A stretch of DNA of 46,422 nt, taken from NCBI GenBank assembly GCA_002423305.1, contig DIVI01000054.1, positions 15,937 through 62,358 on the forward strand, read 5' to 3'. Position 1 is the first letter of the stretch. Every line of letters starts with the position of its first letter. The notes under the pieces are model-generated. The model was given only the letters and a program-made list of their open reading frames with translations, was not told where the DNA came from and ran no database searches. Shown here in pieces: positions 46,077 through 46,422 of this stretch. The stretch is from Methylococcus sp. UBA6136 (GTDB lineage Bacteria > Pseudomonadota > Gammaproteobacteria > Methylococcales > Methylococcaceae). Made by a program: the position numbers and the translations under genes.

Positions 46077-46422
46077 GGAAGATCAGTTGACCCAGAAACT
46101 CCTCGCCCTGTTCGGCAAACTCGATCCGTGTCACGCAGGCATGGCCCACCTTGATGCGAAAAAGATGGGAAAGTGGGATATCCAGGATTTTGGCCAGCAT
46201 CATCCGGATGATGCCTGCATGGCAGACGATGAGAAGATGCTTGCCGGCATGTCTATCCAGAATGTCCTGGCAGGCCTCCGTAACACGATTGCGAAAATCC
46301 GCCAGCCCCTCTGCCCCATCAGGACGGTAGGTTGTGGGGTCGCGATAGAAGCGCTGGACCAGGCCGGGATCAAAGCGGGTGATTTCATCGCCCGTCTTGC
46401 CTTGCCATTCTCCGAAACCGAT
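46054..46422 (-). CDS. Histidine phosphatase superfamily protein (phosphoglycerate mutase / CobC-like), N-terminus outside the window
   Basis: It is an edge-truncated ORF absent from the track. The reverse-strand reading frame gives IGFGEWQGKTGDEI...HLLIVCHAGIIRMMLAKIL..., the GEWEG and (S/C)HGG-type motifs of branch-1 histidine phosphatases. Confidence 0.7.
   Translation of the reverse strand: MGFGEWQGKTGDEITRFDPGLVQRFYRDPTTYRPDGAEGLADFRNRVTEACQDILDRHAGKHLLIVCHAGIIRMMLAKILDIPLSHLFRIKVGHACVTRIEFAEQGEEFLGQLIFHAGSLES

Overview
This is a 46.4-kb chromosomal segment from a moderately GC-rich Gram-negative bacterium. The synteny looks gammaproteobacterial: lptD-surA-pdxA-rsmA with divergent amgK-murU, an OprI/Lpp-like lipoprotein, and argS followed by a SPOR gene. 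The organism cannot be named from sequence alone. I call about 40 tightly packed protein genes and saw no rRNA, tRNA, CRISPR array, transposase or integrase. Most content is core: tsaC/sua5 (partial), gloA, argS, glgX, pgm, ccmABC, an M18 aminopeptidase, the lptD cluster, and amgK-murU. More accessory-looking blocks are a four-gene MCE/Mla-type ABC transporter, an OMF-MFP-RND efflux operon, a lanthanide-type XoxF methanol dehydrogenase locus with XoxJ, a divergent SoxYZ-like carrier and a metallo-beta-lactamase-fold protein, a cytochrome-oxidase assembly module with no oxidase structural genes, and an ArnT-like/AsnB-like envelope-modification operon. Three things stand out. (1) A stand-alone 975-aa TIR / NB-ARC(STAND) / TPR gene sits between argS and the MCE operon. 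It has bacterial NLR/Avs-like architecture, and its TIR appears to lack the catalytic Glu. This is my best candidate for an uncharacterised defence or signalling system. (2) An uninterrupted ORF fuses heme A synthase (CtaA/COX15) in frame to the SRP receptor FtsY. (3) The XoxF locus is paired with a single-cysteine SoxYZ-like carrier and a periplasmic MBL hydrolase, with no XoxG cytochrome nearby. All domain calls come from reading motifs in translations by eye. No database search, HMM scan, folding or GC computation was run. Several starts differ from the ORF track where an internal start fits the neighbouring genes better.
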